From contig NMRA01000369.1 in the NCBI GenBank assembly GCA_002633005.1, positions 280,918 through 344,917 on the forward strand: a stretch of 64,000 nt of DNA, given 5' to 3'. Every line of letters begins with the position of its first letter. Positions within the stretch are counted from its first letter, which is position 1. This document shows, piece by piece, positions 12,674 through 25,806 of this stretch. The position numbers and the translations under genes were made by a program. The notes beneath the pieces are model-generated. The model was not told where the DNA came from. It saw nothing but the letters and a program-made list of their open reading frames with translations, and ran no database searches. Origin of the DNA: Phoronis australis. Taxonomy: Eukaryota; Animalia; Phoronida.

Positions 12674-15600
12674 TCAGTTTCCCTTTTTCTTCGTAACCTC
12701 CACTATTATTGGAACTGAAATGAACATCACCAAAAATTCACTTGTAATCACAGCCTACCAAATTTCTTGCACACTTGCAATGTTGCCAAATGTCATTCAG
12801 AATCCAGAACAACAGTCTGTTATACCATAAAGGTCATGAGTAAACTAAGTTGTCAGTCTGTACATTTACCCAAATATTGAAAACCATAATGTATTTGGAA
12901 GACTGTCTTTTTTAAATGAGACTTTCTTATTTAGTCTCAAAGTGGACGGAACGGTTGCACTTTTTTAAATACACTTCAGGCCATAAAAATAATATGAAAC
13001 AAATCTATACTAGCCTTGCTCTTAATACGTTTACAGTATTTCACATGGCAAAAATTGAAAATACTAACTGTGGAAACAATAAAGTTGTTACACTTTTGCG
13101 TAAAACAAGTTTTGAGGAAGAAAAACTATAAAATTTAATTTTGGATTTGCAATTGAATGAAACCTGATTCTGTAATACAAAATTTGTCATAAAATTCATC
13201 GCTCTTGTTTATTTTGAAAACAAAGTAAATAAAGCATGTAATTTGAAACAATACAAACAACCTATCCCACAAAACTAAGGTTTGCACACGCAGATGTTAA
13301 TGAGTGCAAAAGCTACCAAATACAACAAACTCTCATTACCATGAACTTACCAATAATTATAAGCAGGACTGCAGTGATTACTAAACCAATAATGATCCTC
13401 ATCTGAAAGTAACAAGAACTGTCATTTAATACTGACACACTTTCGACTGAACATGCCAATGATAACAATCCTGTTATATACAGCTTTTGTAACGTGAAAT
13501 GATTGTGATGCAATCTTAAATACTTCAGGGGCCTGTTACTAGAAGAGACTAATTGGATTTTGTTTTTCGGTGTGTGGAGCACAGCATGGTAACATTGACC
13601 TGCTGTATAATACATGTACTTCTCACAATAGGCATTTTGTCTGTTGTGTATATACTTTAAACAAGATGTTGAAAGCCATAGTAGTAAGATCTGCCTCTAA
13701 TTCAAAACCTATTACAACTCACTCGACATTGTTTCCACCACATTTCTCGTCGCAAGCCTCGAGCTCGTATGCGGAAGAGATCAGCACTTCCTGACAAATC
13801 CTCTGCAAATACAATGAATGAATGAAGTTTAATGTTGATTCCGCACTTCTGTCAAAATGAGCGCCACTCCACATTTGCCTGACACCATGTTCTGTCGAGG
13901 GGTGGTGACAAGCAATCTACCTGATATAAATGTTTGGTGTGCTAGGTGTTATATTAACGTGATATCAAATTAAAGTTGGAGACGTAAAACAGCACCAATT
14001 TCGGATAAAAACTGAGTCAGACCCTTTTTAAGGGTTTCTAACATTGCCGTTAAGTCCAAAATTTCCCAACATGATGGTGGTTATGACATTGACCATGAAT
14101 ATTTAACAAAGAATTATTTTGGTGCACTGTATCAATTTAAGCTGTATTTTCCCTAGTTTAGCTGAAAATTGAATTAGGTCTTCTACTGTCTCATAATAGT
14201 CCTTACTTTGATAGGATTCTGTTTCGTTCCATTCCCAACAAAACATCAAAACCAACAAGAATATGCTTCACACATTACTGCGATTGGCCAACTCTAAAAT
14301 TCTAAAATGGTGCATGCACACCTTGCAACTTGAATTGGTATCAAAAATGGAAATCCTATTGCAAGAGCAATACTACGACAGTAAAAGACCTAATTTGATA
14401 GTCGCTTTTTAAGCAACACTTACTAGTAGCTGCTAATTAATGATTTTGTCCAGGAAGGAAAAGGGACAAATGTATCGCTGCTTTGCAAAAAGCGTAAAAG
14501 TGACCAAACAGGAGTCGAGACCTCCTGGACTCCCCCTCCAGATCTGCCTCTGATTACATTATGCAGCTTGGTAAAAAGCAGAATTTTGGCAAATGATCTG
14601 CAAAGAAAATGGCCACTTTATCTAGGTTCACGTGCTACATCTGGAGCTAGGCGTGTGACCTTAATGCAAAATACTTTTCGGGGAAAGAACAAGGAGCATG
14701 ATTGTTTTTAAAACAATATGAGTGCCAGGCTTGACTTATTATCTATTTAGATAGTGATTCAATTGGGATAAACTATGAAAAATAACGCACAAAAGACACA
14801 ATGATAAAAGAAAAACATACAATTAAAAATATTCATTTATACAGGAAATTGCCAACAAGGGCAGACTGTAAGTGAAGTTTAAGAGCACACACCCATGAGC
14901 AAAAAATTGAGCATAATGTCTTGAAGTAACCGCACTAATTTGGATACAGGGACATGAGCCTATGCATGTGGACATGTGGCAACAAGATGGGTTTTACGGA
15001 AATATACAGCGCCCAGGGCTTGGAATTCCCCCCCTTTTAAGAGGATTTCCTATCTTTTGGTTTCAACTTCTATTTGATTTTTTGTCTCCCTTTTTTGTAT
15101 CTTATGTATCATTATTTTGGCTTCATTCATGCAACAACATTTAATATTTCAGTTAATTTTTATAACAAAAACAAATTCTGTCATACAAGCCTATTTATTT
15201 TCCTCCTTTATGTCAATGGTCAATCCAAGGCCTGAGTGCCAAGCACAAGCACAGAGCTCACCTGACTTTTCATGGAGGTCCTCAAGCCGTTCGCCCCTGT
15301 CCATTACCTTGCCGATGTTTTGCTGCATGACCCCCATGACCTCATCCACCTGACCTTGAACTCTAATGAAAGCACACGGCAAGACAGTTCATTAACAGCA
15401 GTCACATTTTTTATGAGAAGACAGATACTATGACTGATTAGAATGTAGATGAAACGAGCATTCACATGTTGACTTTCATTCAGGCATTTGACCTGTTTTC
15501 TGATCATGATATGTGAACACTATTAATCAGATTCTATGGTTAATATCTCATTTAACAAGGTGTGTTATGAAAATAATGAAGCTGGGTCCATTGCAGGTCA

Positions 15601-17239
15601 GTTAACAAATATTAAAAGATTTTCCTGGTGAATAGGAAAATTACCTGAATGAGACATAATTATTAGGCATTTTAAAATATAATGTGGAACAAATTCATGA
15701 AATTAAAAAAAAATCAGAATAGTTTTAAGCTACCCTGTTTCAATCTTTACGGCACAGTACATCTGTGCTTAAGACAATGGTTCCTTGTCACCACAGGTCA
15801 ATAAACTTGAATTCTGCACTGATTGACTTAGCTGACAAAGCCACCCAGTCCATGTCATAATGTCATGTTTCCTACCAAGATACTTAGAAGGGCTAGAGTG
15901 GTGACTCAACTCTAGTGAGCAGTCACTCACTCACACCTATATAACGATACCCTATGCTGGGTGAATTAAATGTCTGTACCTTCACCACTGAAATTTCTTG
16001 TCTGATAAGAGGCATTAGCTTAATGTATAATTGCAGCAATATCAAGAACAAATTATGATTTTGTGAAATACAATCTTGTAGATTATAGGTTAGTTCTACA
16101 GAAAGATATCATCTCCAACTTCATATTAAATAAAAAATTGTTTACCTAGTAATGGCGTCATTATTTAGTCTGGCAGGTCGAGCAGTTGGGCCTTTCAAAA
16201 AGAAGTCGTCATCGTCATCATCTTCATCATCAAGAAGTCGTTGCTGTAAGATACAATAACACTTCGTATTGATAAGTACCATGCCACACAGGTGTCAACA
16301 GGCTCAGGTAAAACTCAAAACTACAAATCGCGTGGAAGCTAAAAACTGTTCGTCAACATCAAGTTCTAGTTTTATAGCCCACTTCACAACTGCCAAATCC
16401 CTAAATCAGATATTGAACTAGCTGCGACCGAAGACTGTAGGTCTATTTCAAAATCTTCATTTAGTAGTTTTTTGAAAACCTTTGAATGTAAGCGACAAAG
16501 GGGTTGTCTCCTGGCAATAGAGCCCAAAGAACCAAACATACGTTACTTGTCAACTCAAAATAGGACAATAGTCACTTATAAAGGTCCTGAATTTTTAGAA
16601 CCAGTTTAATGCCCGTTATCCAATGTAAAGAACTGGTTCTCAAAATGTGGGAGTCTTGTAAGTGACTACACAAAACGGAATTTTAATACAGCCAGACAAA
16701 TTACTTGTGTAGTGATTTGCAGCAAATAAAAACTAAGAATAAGGTTTTTACACTTTACTGGGCTTTGGGTACAGCACTTTTCCTAGTATCAATTGACTAC
16801 AGAAACAATATTTCTGTCTCATCAAACATACAAGCATTTGATAAGCAGAGTTACTTTATGTCAGGGTCAAAACTGCCATAGACACAAATACTAACGTGCG
16901 CAGTAGACAAAAATGAAAAAAGTTAAATGTTAGTTTTTAACTGCAACAGTTCTGTGAATACTTAACAACTCTTCCAATGTTTTTATAGACGTAAGTTTTT
17001 AGAACACGACTAGTAAAATATCATGGCTACATGTCTGACTCTTATACAAATAATGCCACTCGTTTATGCAATTCCATAATAAAAAATTGAACTATGATAA
17101 CCACACATCAACTGTCAACTTTGTTGCATCCTAGCCATGGCCCTGTAAGTGTACAGCAGGTGACTATCACTCGAGGCATGTTACGTACCCTCTCCGCAGA
17201 TTGTGAACCTTCCCCATATCTGTTGAACTTTGGCGGCAT
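12674..17239 (-). CDS. VAMP4: Vesicle-associated membrane protein 4 (R-SNARE), 140 aa. Exons: 17239-17189, 16243-16146, 15362-15262, 13802-13723, 13402-13351, 12714-12674.
   Basis: Spliced product MPPKFNRYGEGSQSAER|QRLLDEDDDDDDFFLKGP...|VQGQVDEVMGVMQQNIGKVMDRGERLEDLHEKS|EDLSGSADLFRIRARGLRREMWWKQCR|MRIIIGLVITAVLLIII|VPIIVEVTKKKGN*. It has the VAMP4-specific MPPKF start, dileucine plus acidic cluster, the R-SNARE motif and a C-terminal TM helix. All introns are GT-AG and in phase. Confidence 0.95.
16569..16668. mobile_element. Short fold-back MITE with TAG...CTA termini
   Basis: Ends tagtcacttataaag and tcttgtaagtgacta; internal inverted pair agaaccagtt/aactggttct. Confidence 0.5.
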
Positions 17240-17344
17240 GATGCCTAGGTCATACTAAAACTGATCTGTAACAAAAACTGACACTTAGAACTGAACGTTG
17301 CAGTATGTTGTCAGATTTGTGTTTTGTGACTGTGTATAGGACTC

Positions 17345-17504
17345 CAGGGGTGGATCCGGGATTTTTTTAAAAAGGGGGTCCGATCAAGGATTTTTATAAA
17401 GGGGTCCAAGTTAACAATATGAAAATTCTGGATTCGATAGCACTAAAATCGAGGGAAAAAAGGAGGGGACCTGACCCCTTGACTCCCTCCTGGATCCACC
17501 TATG
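17345..17504. mobile_element. MITE, hAT-like, 5-bp target-site duplication
   Basis: Ends caggggtggatccgggga and tcctggatccacctatg; flanked by gactc on both sides. Confidence 0.8.
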
Positions 17505-17667
17505 GACTCAAACTTGATGCTTCAAAAGAGATTTCCGAACATCCGACAGAAATGCAAAAATATAGGAAAAAAATTAATGTTAGTACAATAACTATAGGTA
17601 TGACTGGTTTGTAACATGCCACAACCAAACTCAGTGAGGAGTTCCACGACCATCGTGATACTGTCTC

Positions 17668-18045
17668 TGTTGCAGCCCAAATTGATGCCTGTGCCAAACT
17701 GATTTGGTGCACTTAGTGCCGGCTGGTGAGCCAAACTGATGCCTGCCTTGCACCAAATTAAAGCTTCAGTGAGTGGTTTATAGATTTTTAACTGTTATCA
17801 GAACTGAAATTGATGACAATGAGTTCTCACGTATCCAGGTCACATGGACTAATCACACGGGGAAGTGTTCTGAGAAACAACTCACCATCCACTATCCAGC
17901 ACTGATTGTCGTCAATTTCAGTTTCTGATAAACCTATAAACTACTGGCAGTAATTTGGGAACTTACAGTAGCTTCAGTTTGGTACAGGCATCAGTTTGGA
18001 TCGCCAACCTTCAGTTTGGCGCAGGCATAAGTTTGGGCTGCAACA
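17668..18045. mobile_element. Fold-back MITE with long imperfect terminal inverted repeats
   Basis: Ends tgttgcagcccaaattgatgcctgtgccaaactga and tcagtttggcgcaggcataagtttgggctgcaaca; internal inverted pair ttatcagaactgaaattgatgacaat / attgtcgtcaatttcagtttctgataa. Confidence 0.8.
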
Positions 18046-18395
18046 TCACCTGTCCACGTTGAAACAGGCATGAAATTACAAAGAAATCGGTGCAGCGATA
18101 TTCCTTTATGATTCAGCTCTGTGCCTCTGTGAGTGTAAATGTTACGTACCCGTGGTGGTGAATAGAATGATAATTTTACAGCCAGAAGTTTAGATATTAA
18201 GCAAAAATTCAGGTCCAGCCAGAGCTACGGTCACAAAGGTACTAATGGCAATGAAAACAGAAAACTAAAGACAGAGACAGAGTATACACTTTCGCTTCCT
18301 GCTTTTGTCATGGACGGAAGTTGCTTGCTACCTATGTTACAGCGCCACCTATATGGAAAATAACCGTAGAGCACAGAGCCAGGTTCCTTTTTTAA

Positions 18396-18880
18396 ATGAC
18401 CACTCGAAGGTACTCTTCCGTTTCATCCATGCTCAAAACTTTCAATTGGCCCATCCTCCAGGAAAGACGAGCTCAGAACAAACTATCCCTTCTGTACAAG
18501 ACTGTACATAACCTGGTTGCTATTCCTCACGCATACCTTCCACTCCTTCAGACCACCAGATCACGAAACTCGGCATGTGACCCGGTTACATCCCGCGCAT
18601 CTTTCCATCTACCATTCTACTCTGGCATAGACTCCCAAAATTCGCCATCTCATCATAAACAATAGAAATATTCACAAGTCACATCTTGAACATCACTCTT
18701 ACACAGTAATCATTTTAAGACCTTTTTATCTTGGCACTAACCAGCACTTCACGAGTCGTTTTATCGTTGTTTTTCACAGTTACGTGCACCTCAGTTTTAT
18801 ACTAACAATGCGCCAACAAGTAAGGATCGATACCACGATCGTTTGTTCATTCTTGGAAGACGAAGAAGAAGAAGAAGAAA
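18396..18880 (+). mobile_element. 5'-truncated non-LTR retrotransposon 3' end (CR1/L2-group-like)
   Basis: Encodes SSVSSMLKTFNWPILQERRAQNKLSLLYKTVHNLVAIP, typical of the post-RT C-terminus of these LINEs. Ends in a (gaa)n tail at ~18857-18879. Confidence 0.7.
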
Positions 18881-19529
18881 ATTGAATCTGGGAGAGTTCT
18901 CAGTGTGCATCAAAAAGACCCACATGGTAGAAGATTACCTATTTTTGACAAAGACCATTTACCAGGACAAGGAATTTGCATTTATTCATAAAAAATAAGA
19001 CTTCCTTGTTTTTGCTAAGCAGATACATTCATGCCCCCAATTGGCGAAGTTGTGTCAAAAAAAGAAAAGTTTTGGCAAATGTGTTCAAAAACAGCAGTTT
19101 CGTGCATGTAGAATCTTTATCCGTGGGAGTTAAATTTGCTCAGTAATTGAGCTGTTAAACTCATTGGTCACGATCACCGACTTTCTTTTATGTAGTATGG
19201 AGGGTAAAAACGAAAGCTATAACCCGGCAGTGTTCCACAGTGGTCGACAAACCGTTGCCAAAGTTCATGGCCTTGTCTGTGAGGGCTTTCAGAGACTCGC
19301 ATCCGAGACTTTCACTTCGTCTCCCGTCAAACAGTTCACTGAGCAGTTATACCTACTATATGAGAAAATACGAGCTAGTGCAAATTTTAATCCAACAAGT
19401 TTTGAAATCAATGACAAAATTGGCATGAATGTAATTTATTTTGAGGCGAACTCTATTAATCTCACCATAGAGGTACATAATTGAATAATGAGTTCCGTGG
19501 CGCAAATCAACTGTTAATTAGAGCAAATT

Positions 19530-19900
19530 CACTTACGAAAAAGTCTTTGAAGTTCTATTTTATCTTTGCTCTAATGTATATGCTACCACAGCTGCGAAAA
19601 AAAGAAACATGAATGTCCTGATAGCTGACACTAGGAAAAAAACCGTTTCAGTTCATTAAGCTCGCCCACTGAACGAACTGAACATTCAGATAAGTAGGAC
19701 CCGGTTTGCTAAATATTTTTACATTGGTGGAAAAGTTTGGAGACAAAAAGAAGTATTGGATTGCCAGAGAAGTGACAACGCGTCGACGCGCGGTGACAAG
19801 TTCGGCGTCCAAGTAACCCGCGCGAACGCTCTGGATTTTAGCCTGACACACATCTGTTGCGTATCGATTGCTAACAGTCTGTTAGCGGCGCTCAACTATA
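19530..19900 (-). promoter_or_regulatory. Probable VAMP4 non-coding first exon and promoter
   Basis: The ATG exon has an upstream acceptor at 17266-17267, so a further exon must exist. A minus-strand gtaagt donor lies at ~19531-19536 next to a locally CpG-rich stretch (cgcgtcgacgcgcgg, cccgcgcgaacgc). Inference only. Confidence 0.35.
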
Positions 19901-20270
19901 CGGGAAATGAGAAACACCTGACATACGGACTAAAATCCTTTGTTTATTATTTGACGAGCAGTCTAATGAGAGGATATCTCCTGAATGAAGTACAAAAACA
20001 AATATCCTGAAACTAGTTGAGAAAAAACCTCATCGATGTGTGCCGTAGCATGGGCGGCACAGCACTGAGAAAGTAGGGGGCTATAGCCGCCGTCTATGCG
20101 GTAGCCGTTCGGCGGCAAGACTTGATGCAATTACACACGTTAATCCCAGTACTGAGTGGCGATAGTTGTCATACTGGCGCTGATGCTTGTCCACTACAAC
20201 AAAGAGATGATCGACAGCGCTTTGAGAAGCGTCCTAGGATGACAAAATTTGTACTTTAGTACTGTGTATC

Positions 20271-22673
20271 TCATCACTCGAACCATTGAAAGTGCATTGA
20301 GTTAAATTTGCGGTAACCTTGTCTCTTGTTGCATTTGAATGTAAAAAATGAAAACATATTGCGTCGTTCACTAATTAGCTCCTGAAGACTGGCCCCCAAT
20401 AAAGTAGAGTCGGTGCCATTTTTTCAAAATATCATCAAAAAGTTCACTGTTTAAGAAATTTGAACTTGTCACGTTTTACCCAGTGCCCAAGTGTGGGCGG
20501 AGGTAATAACTGACCGGTGCTAATAGCTTTCGGTGCGTGATGATACTCTGAAGATTGGTTCGCGTTAAGGTTGGATCTCATCAATTGTCGGTGTATTTAG
20601 TCAATTATCTACAAAACTATATTTTTAGCTCAGTAAGCGTGCATATTTCCTAAAATTAGAAAGCCTGCAGAACTTCGGGCGAACACTGTGACTGCTGATT
20701 CTGTAACTGCAACGCAGCTCAACTGTAAAAAATTATAATTCAACGTCAACTTCAACTCAGCTTCGATCTACTCAACTCTATCTCAACGTTTCAACTTAGT
20801 CACAGTAACCAGTGTAATACAGTCTCTTACAATGTTCCGGAACATTTCACCAGTAAACAAACCCATTCCAGACCTTAGCGGATTTCTATAAACACAAACA
20901 AGGCTCTAAAATGTTCCAGACCGTGGTTCTATTTTCAAATTAGTTATGTGCTGGAACATTGTTCTAGAATGTCCAATAGTTTTCTATCCTTAATAAATTA
21001 GGTCATCACTAGCTTGACCCCATAGCACGCTCTCCTGGAATATTCTCTAGTATGCTATTGTAAACAAGCTACATCCGATTACAAGCCTCTAACCCTATGG
21101 CTCACGTCAATCGAGAGCTATCTGCTAGTAAACAAGTTGAACGGCAAAATAAAACTAGTTGAAAGGTCAGGGCTCTTACAAAATGTTTGCCAAGTGCCTG
21201 TGAAATGGGAATACATGTGATGCAAAAATTGTTATCGTGAAATTTCACTTTTATTCAAGCATAGTATTTCTAGATGGTTTGTTTTTTAAAGGAATGTTAC
21301 TTCTTAGTTTTAAGGCGTTTTGGGGCAATTTTCTTTCCACTATTTATTTGTACACATGGCCGTCGGCCTAAAGTACAACAAACAAACAAACGATATCATT
21401 GGAGTGCTATGCACACTTGTCAGCAATACACAAATTGTTCCGATTTTTAAATGCGTAGTANTCATCACTCGAAGCATTGAAAGTGGAACTTACAACATGT
21501 ACATTGAATTATATTTACGGTAACCTTGTCTCTTTTTCCATTTGAATGTATTGAAAACATATTGCGTCGTTCACTAATTAGCTCCTTTAAGACTGGTCCC
21601 AAATAAAGTACAGTCGGTGCCATTTTTTTCAAAATATCATCAAAAAGTTCATTGTTTAAGAAATTTGAACTTGTCACGTTTGAAGTTACCTAGTGGCCAA
21701 GGGTGGGCGCATGTAGTAACTGACCGGTGCTAATAGCTTTCGGTGCGTGATGATACTCTGAAGATTGGTTCGCGTTAAGGTTGGATCTTATCAATTGTCG
21801 GTGTATTCAGTCAATTATCTACAAAAATATATTTTTAGCTCAGTAAGCGTGCATATTTCCTAAAATTAGAAAGCCTGCAGAACTTCGGGCGAACACTGAG
21901 ACTGCTGATTCTGTAACTGCAACGCAACTCAACTGTAAAAAATTATAATTCAACGTCAACTTCAACTCAGCTTCGATCTACTCAACTCTATCTCAACGTT
22001 TCAACTTAGTCACAGTAACCAGTGTAATACAGTCTCTTACAATGTTCCGGAACATTTCACCAGTAAACAAACCCATTCCAGAACTTCGCGGATTTCTATA
22101 AACACAAACAAGGCTCTAAAATGTTCCAGACCGTGGTTCTATTTTCAAATTAGTTATGTGCTGGAACATTGTTCTAGAATGTCCAATAGTTTTCTATCCT
22201 TAATAAATTAGGTCATCACTAGCTTGACCCCATAGCACACTCTCCTGGAATATTCTCTAGTATGCTATTGTAAACAAGCTACATCCGATTACAAGCCTCT
22301 GACCCTATGGGTCATGTCAATCGAGAGCTATCTGCTAGTAAACAAGTTGAACGGCAAAATAAAACTAGTTGAAAGGTCAGGGCTCTTACAAAATGTTTGC
22401 CAAGTGCCTGTGAAATGGGAATACATGTGATGCAAAAATTGTTATCGTGAAATTTCACTTTTATTCAAGCATAGTATTTCTAGATGGTCTGTTTTTTAAA
22501 GGAATGTTACTTCTTAGTTTTAAGGCGTTTTGGGGCAATTTCCTTTCCATTATTTATTTGTACACATGGCCGTCAGCCTAAAGTACAACAAACAAACAAA
22601 CAAACGATATCATTGGAGTGCTATGCACACTTGTCAGCAATACACAAGTTGTTCCGATTTTTAGATGCGTAGT
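20271..22673. repeat. ~1.2 kb tandem duplication (20271-21460 and 21462-22673)
   Basis: Both units start tcatcactcgaa and end atgcgtagta. They are near-identical with scattered substitutions and indels, and the junction base 21461 is N. Confidence 0.92.
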
Positions 22674-24668
22674 ATACATATTTCACAACTGAGGTATCCA
22701 TATTACATAACAGTCTATGAAATTTAAACAAAGTGGGACTTGTTCAGAGGCTCTCACTTAGAAACTTAGCTCTGATTTCAGAAAAAGCGTCGCAAACTAA
22801 CAAAAAGTGATACAATTCCTCGAGCATAATGTACATACTCTGTGTTGATATATCACATTTACAATACTTTGGGCAATTTAGTTACTCTTGAATCTTTTCG
22901 GTTGATTCTTATACAAACGATATTGAAATCCCACCTAGCGCTAATTAGGTTTAGCCGAAATCGTCAAGTCTTAACTCTAGTTAGTCTACTTAGCGGCGTT
23001 GAATTTTCCCGTTGAAATAAGTACACCAACGAACTCCATTTTTTCAATGCGTAATTCGGAAACGGCTTGCTGTATTGAAAAAACAAAAAGGAGTTCTACT
23101 ACACTAGACTGACACTAGAAACTTGGCCCGTTTTACTGCAAAAAACTGCGAGTGTCACCCGCGTTTATGTGCATAGCTATCATAACCGGGGACAGGAGTG
23201 AAAGTTAACAATGGAACACTGCTTTCATAGTACAGCTTTTTCAGAAGGACATCACTTCCGCTTCGAGAACTGAAATGCTAATCATTTATTCTCGGAAAAG
23301 ATTTTTATACCTTTCTTAGAGAGTAGAGCATGTCAATTTGACCAAAAAATATCAAAAAACCAACATTCTTGAAACCAAACGGGCGCGTCGGCTTTCATGC
23401 ACTTCTTCGTCCACACAACCTAGCCTCGTCCCGGTCTCAAGCACGCAGTCGCCTTGGTGCAAGACAAAGACGCTAACCCTCTAAGGTCTCTGTGCAAGCT
23501 GAAAATACAGCCAAGTATCTCACTGTAAGGATCGTTTCTTATTTGAAATCACGTGAGTTGACTAGACTGGTAGGTGTCGCTACTTTCGGAAAGGCTGTAG
23601 ATAAAACATAAACATCGTTTCTTTGTAATCATTTTTATGTATCCTGTAGTATAAACAGTACAGTGCGAAGACAAGTGTATTGTCTGTATTAGATGATTTG
23701 TATCACTACTCGAGCTAACATCCCGAAAGGAGTACACACGAAAAGTGGACTTGCAAAGGTGCTGCCGTTGAGCAAACATCAACTAACGTTTCCAGTGTTA
23801 GTAAAATAAAAAGGGTAACTATCGACGAGGTGGCCAATCTGTGTCTACTTTCCGAAAAAAATTTCTTTGCCGTCCTTGCCGTCATTTTTATAGTGTTTTA
23901 TACGCCCTTCAACCGCTGTTTTCTCCACCTGGTCGGTAAATTCTAGTCTTGTTTAGTACCCGCCGTACCGTTCTAATGCAGTTTTTTACCCTCCCATTCC
24001 TTGTAACCATGTTGCGGAGTCTTTGTTTTAACCGATTTTTTACACACGTCGTCATACCTTCCATTTGTAAACACCCACCCGTTGCCTAACGCGACAGCGT
24101 AACTCGTAGGTAACCGGGCAGACAAAATAGATTCAGTTCCCATAAAAATACTGAAGAATAGACCCCCGCCATTGTTTCGTTGCTCAACCCAGTCATCCGG
24201 AAGTATTCTGCCATCAAATTTAGAATAGACCGACAACCGCTAAAAATCGAAAGAAATGCAACCACGTACAATGTCCAATACGCAAAATGAGAAATTGGAG
24301 AATTTTGAATGAAACACGGATTTTCTATTTTATTTTGCTCACTGAAAATAAATTGTTAGGATTGCACACTGTTTTTGACGAACCTTATTCAACCCGGCTT
24401 TCAAAGTCAAACTTTAACAGTGTCCGTGCAGCGTGACTGTAAGTAGCCTGGAGATTGTTTGAGCTACAATAGGAGGAACTATGAAATGCTGCAGCAGTCC
24501 GAATTAGCTTCGCTCTAGCTAGCAGCCTTCGTGCGAGCCGATAATGAAGTCAAGCTCCTGATTGTATTTAGTTTGCGCTCATTTGAAAAGTCACGTGAGT
24601 TGACTGGCCTGAAAGCGATCAGTCAGTGACAAGCACTGGACAGTCTTGCACGTCTACCAAACAATACG

Positions 24669-25655
24669 CAGTGGCGGATCTAGGATATCACAAGGCGGGG
24701 CCAACATTTTGTCTGAAAACATTTGCGTAAAGCACGATTAGATGAGCATTGCACCGAATGGGGGAGCTCGGTAGGGGGGTTTGCCCCCTCCCGCCCAGGA
24801 AAAATTTTCTGTCTTTTCCTCTAAAAATCACGCATTTTCCTTGATTCCTGAAGTATTGAACAAAAAAAGGCAAAGAAAAAGAAAAAAAAAACACGGATAA
24901 CGTGTCAAACATGAAAAATTGCAATTACCACAGACTCGAACTCACGATAGAACGCGCGTGCTTTACCACTGCACCATCGCGATTTAACTGCTAATTTGAT
25001 AATAAAAGACCTACTTGTTTATGGTCCACAGCGTTTGCGCGCGAAACTTACATCTTTTTGTAATGCTTATTACACTTTTATATTTTGTGCAGTCAGTTCT
25101 TAACAAATTTGTTGTATTTAAAATAGTCTTCAATTGCCCAAAAGACCAAATCTGTTTTTTTTTGTGTTGGCATTTATGACGCGATTGCTTTGGAAATCGT
25201 TATGGTTTGATAAAAAGAGAATTATGAGTTTCTGAGTGATTCACGAAGGCTTCGATTAAAATTCACATCTTACCAGCAGCTTCTGTTTTTTCATCGTCAC
25301 TCAGATTCCATTTTCTTTGAAAAATGAAGTAAATTTTCTCATTGCACAGTGAAGCAGACGACGGAAACGGAGTCGTAGTGCGCAGCGCCACTGCCGGTCG
25401 CCTGGGATATCGCGGGAGAGCCTATACTTAGCCATAGTTTCGTTACGATTGAGCCGTGTGCCGAATTTGACTCTTGAAATTGGATCTGAACACACTAAAA
25501 CTGCACACATTTAAATCTTGTTTCCGCCGTATAATGTTAATTAGCGGGGTTAATTAATAAACTCAACATTTCCCTACGCTCTTGCTGTTTTATTTTTTGC
25601 GGCAGCCAAGGTGGGGAGGGGGTGGGCCCCCTGCCACCCCCTAAATCCGCCTATG
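24669..25655. mobile_element. Non-autonomous hAT-like DNA transposon (~1 kb)
   Basis: Ends cagtggcggatctagg and ccctaaatccgcctatg; flanks aatacg / aatatg (6 bp, one mismatch). Confidence 0.65.
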
Positions 25656-25806
25656 AATATGTGACATAATAATTGAAGTTGCGAAAGTTTAAATAATCAA
25701 ATAGATATTAGCACACAGACGTAAGGTTACGTAGCATAAACTTTTCATCGTAAATATCCATGATTGTCTAGAGCTAGCAATCGAGTTAAGCCAGAAGTGC
25801 CGGGTC

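Noticed and set aside
24926-24981. Functional tRNA gene
   Set aside because: Too short between the A and B boxes, no complete cloverleaf, and embedded in a transposon.
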